This document shows positions 61,449 to 64,000 of a stretch of DNA of 64,000 nt, one piece after another. Position 1 is the first letter of the stretch. Each line of letters begins with the position of its first letter. The position numbers were made by a program, and so were the translations under genes. The notes below the pieces were generated by a model that ran no database searches, had not been told where the DNA came from, and saw only the letters and a list, made by a program, of their open reading frames with translations. The stretch lies in the NCBI GenBank assembly GCA_013239625.1, contig MU054323.1, forward strand, positions 11,927,815 to 11,991,814, read 5' to 3'. The DNA is from Lama guanicoe (Eukaryota).

Positions 61449-63441
61449 ACACACAAAAGCTACTAGAGCTGATTGAAGAATTCAGCAAGGTAGCAGGTTA
61501 CAAAATTAACATTCAAAAATCAGTTGCATTTCTTTACACTAACGATAAGTCAACAGAAAAAGAAAGTAAAGAAACAATCCCCTTAAAATAGCACCCAAAG
61601 TAATAAAATACCTGGGAATAAATCTAACCAAGGAAGTGAAAGAATTATACACAGAAAACTATAAACCATTGATGAAGGAAATTAAAGAAGATTTTAAAAA
61701 ATGGAAAGATATTCCATGCTCTTGGATTGGAAGAATCAATATTGTTAAAATGGTCACACTGCCCAAGGCAATCTACAGATTTAATGCAATCCCTATCAAA
61801 TTACCCAGGACATATTTCACAGAACTAGAACAAATCATAATAAAATTTATATGGAACCATCAAAGACCTAGAATTGCCAAAGCATTACTGAAGAGAAAGA
61901 AAGAGGCTGGAGGAATAACTCTCCCAGACTTCAGACAATACTATAGAGCCACAGTCATCAAGACAGCATGGTATTGGTACCAAAACAGACATATAGACCA
62001 ATGGAACAGAATAGAGAGCCCAGAAATGAACCCACAAACTTTTGGTCAACTCATCTTCGACAAAGGAGGCAAGAATATACAATGGAATAAAGACAGTCTC
62101 TTCAGCAAATGGTGTTGGGAAAACTGGACAGCAGCATGTAAAACAATGAAGCTAGAACACACCCTTACACCATATACAAAAATCAACTCAAAATGGATTA
62201 AAGACTTAAACATAAGACAAGATACAATAAACCTCCTAGAGGAAAACATAGGCAAAACATTATCTGACATACATTTCAAAAATTTTCTCCTAGAAGAAAT
62301 AAAAGCAAGAATAAACAAATGGGACCTAATGAAACTTACAAGCTTCTGCAGAGCAAAGGAAACCAGAAATAAAACAAGAAGAAAACCTACGGAATGGGAG
62401 AAAATTTTTGCAAGTGAAACCGACAAAGGCTTGATCTCCAAAATATATAAGCAGCTCATACGACTCAATAAGAAAAAAATAAACAACCCAATCCAAAAAT
62501 GGGCAGAAGACCTAAACAAGCAATTCTCCAAGGAAGACATACAAATGATCAAAAAGCACATGAAAAAATGCTCAATATCACTAATTATCAGAGAAATGCA
62601 AATCAAAACTACAATGAGGTATCACCTCACACCAGTCAGAATGGCCGTCATTCAAAAATCCAAAAATGACAAATGCTGGAGAGGCTGTGGAGAAAGGGGA
62701 ACCCTCCTACACTGCTGGTGGGAATGCAGTTTGGTGCAGCCACTATGGAAAACAGTGTGGAGATTCCTCAAAAGACTAGGAATAGACTTACCATATGACC
62801 CAGGAATCCCACTCCTGGGCTTGTATCCAGAAGGAAATCTACTTCAGGATGACACCTGCACCCCAATGTTCATAGCAGCACTATTTACAATAGCCAAAAC
62901 ATGGAAACAGCCTAAATGTCCATCAACAGGTGACTGGATAAAGAAGAGGTGGTATATTTATACAATGGAATACTACTCAGCCATAAAAACCGACAACATA
63001 ATGCCATTTGCAGCAACATGGATGCTCCTAGAGAATGTCATTCTAAGTGAAGTAAGCCAGAAAGAGAAAGAAAAATACCATATGAGATCGCTCATATGTG
63101 GAATCTAAAAAACAAAAACAAACAAACAAACAAAAACAAAGCATAAATACAGGACAGAAATAGACTCATGGACAGAGAATACAGACTTGTGGTTACCAGG
63201 GGGGTAGAGGGTGGGAAGGGATAGACTGGGATTTCAAAATTGTAGAATAGATAAACAAGATTACACTGTATAGCACAGGGAAATATACACAAAATGTTAT
63301 GATAAATCACAGAGAAAAAAATGTGACAATGAGTGTGTATATGTCCATGAATGACTGAAAAATTGTGCTGAACACTGGAATTTGACACAACATTGTAAAA
63401 TGATTATAAATCAATAAAAAATGTTAAAAAAAATTTTTAAA
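61449..63441 (+). mobile_element. Young 5'-truncated LINE-1 (~2 kb) with 17-bp TSD
   Basis: ORF2 C-terminal part, 3' UTR, AATAAA (63413-63418) and A-rich tail; TSD aagacttaca(g/a)cttgtt at 61432-61448 and 63442-63458, preceded by TT as expected for the L1 endonuclease. Confidence 0.97.
61636..63108 (+). pseudogene. L1 ORF2 C-terminal remnant (490 open codons with CCHC motif; no endonuclease or RT catalytic core)
   Basis: [17 protein letters not shown]...GGITLPDF...[18 protein letters not shown]...SLICGI. Upstream ORF2 sequence ([22 protein letters not shown]) is separated by a frameshift near 61583. Confidence 0.93.
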
Positions 63442-63505
63442 AAGACTTACAACTTGTTGTTAAAATGTGAATAATCTTAAGGCTAAAGTAGATGCATATA
63501 TATAT

Positions 63506-63531
63506 ATTTGGAGATATATATATCTCCAAAT
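63506..63531. repeat. Perfect 26-bp palindrome ATTTGGAG(AT)5CTCCAAAT
   Basis: The sequence equals its own reverse complement. Confidence 0.95.
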
Positions 63532-64000
63532 TTTGCTTTAGAGTATTTGATGGTAATCAGTTTCATTTCCCATATGACAGTATAAAGGGCCAGGTCTGTG
63601 GCTGCAGGCAGAGTCCTCTCACCAGCCAGGCACTGCACAGAGCTGCTGTTACTACTGTTTATTGCCTTTGCACCCAGACCCACCCCCTTCAGTCAGAACT
63701 GCCAACTCCCTAGGTGCCTGTCCTGCCCCCTCACCGATTTCTCTGCACTGACCACTTACACCAGTGCCCACCCTGGAAAGGCACAGCCCCGCAGTCCTGG
63801 GTGGGGGTTTCTCTGGCACTCAGAAGTAGCAGTGAGGAGCATCCCCAGCCCCTCTTCCCAGGGGCCCCTTGACTCTTCCTCATTCCCTACAAGAAATCAC
63901 AGAGCCTAGTAGCAGCCCAGAGCCAGCTACAGATCTCCCTGAAAAAGTTCCCGTCGGTTCAGGACTGCCTCCAAAGTGTTGCGCCCTGGCCTGTGTCAGG

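Noticed and set aside
62046..62606. 186-aa hydrophobic minus-strand ORF
   Set aside because: Antisense frame of A-rich L1 ORF2, a common artefact.
28100..64000. Exons of a downstream gene such as XDH (downstream neighbour in human, from memory)
   Set aside because: No ORF in the track resembles xanthine dehydrogenase or any other cellular protein; small exons or non-coding exons cannot be excluded by eye.
1..64000. tRNA, rRNA, snRNA genes or young tRNA-derived SINEs
   Set aside because: No intact A/B-box cloverleaf or known structural RNA was recognised; tRNAscan-SE and Infernal would be needed to exclude them formally.

Overview
This is mammalian genomic DNA. The L1 3' ends resemble camelid/cetartiodactyl L1 from memory, and I recognised no primate, ruminant or pig SINEs, so the species call is tentative. 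The first ~28 kb hold a complete, intact six-exon EHD3 gene on the + strand. Its CDS is join(943..1169, 9782..9958, 13837..13934, 21999..22411, 23080..23244, 25938..26465) = 1608 nt = 535 aa plus stop, all introns are GT-AG, and it starts from a CpG-island promoter. The remaining ~36 kb is intergenic, with ancient repeats (MIR, L2, MLT1, hAT/Tigger MITEs, old L1M) and several younger retroelements. I found no evidence of a wholly new biological system; nearly all other ORFs in the track are chance or repeat-derived frames. The most notable observations are: a GPF-to-SPF change in the EHD3 linker motif; a strong-Kozak in-frame uORF separated from the CDS by one TGA; a polyadenylated, U5-less copy of an ERV1 LTR R region; an L1 with an inverted ORF1 piece joined to its 3' end; and two adjacent same-subfamily L1 insertions, each with its own TSD. 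Repeat family names are from memory of consensus sequences and repeat boundaries are approximate.
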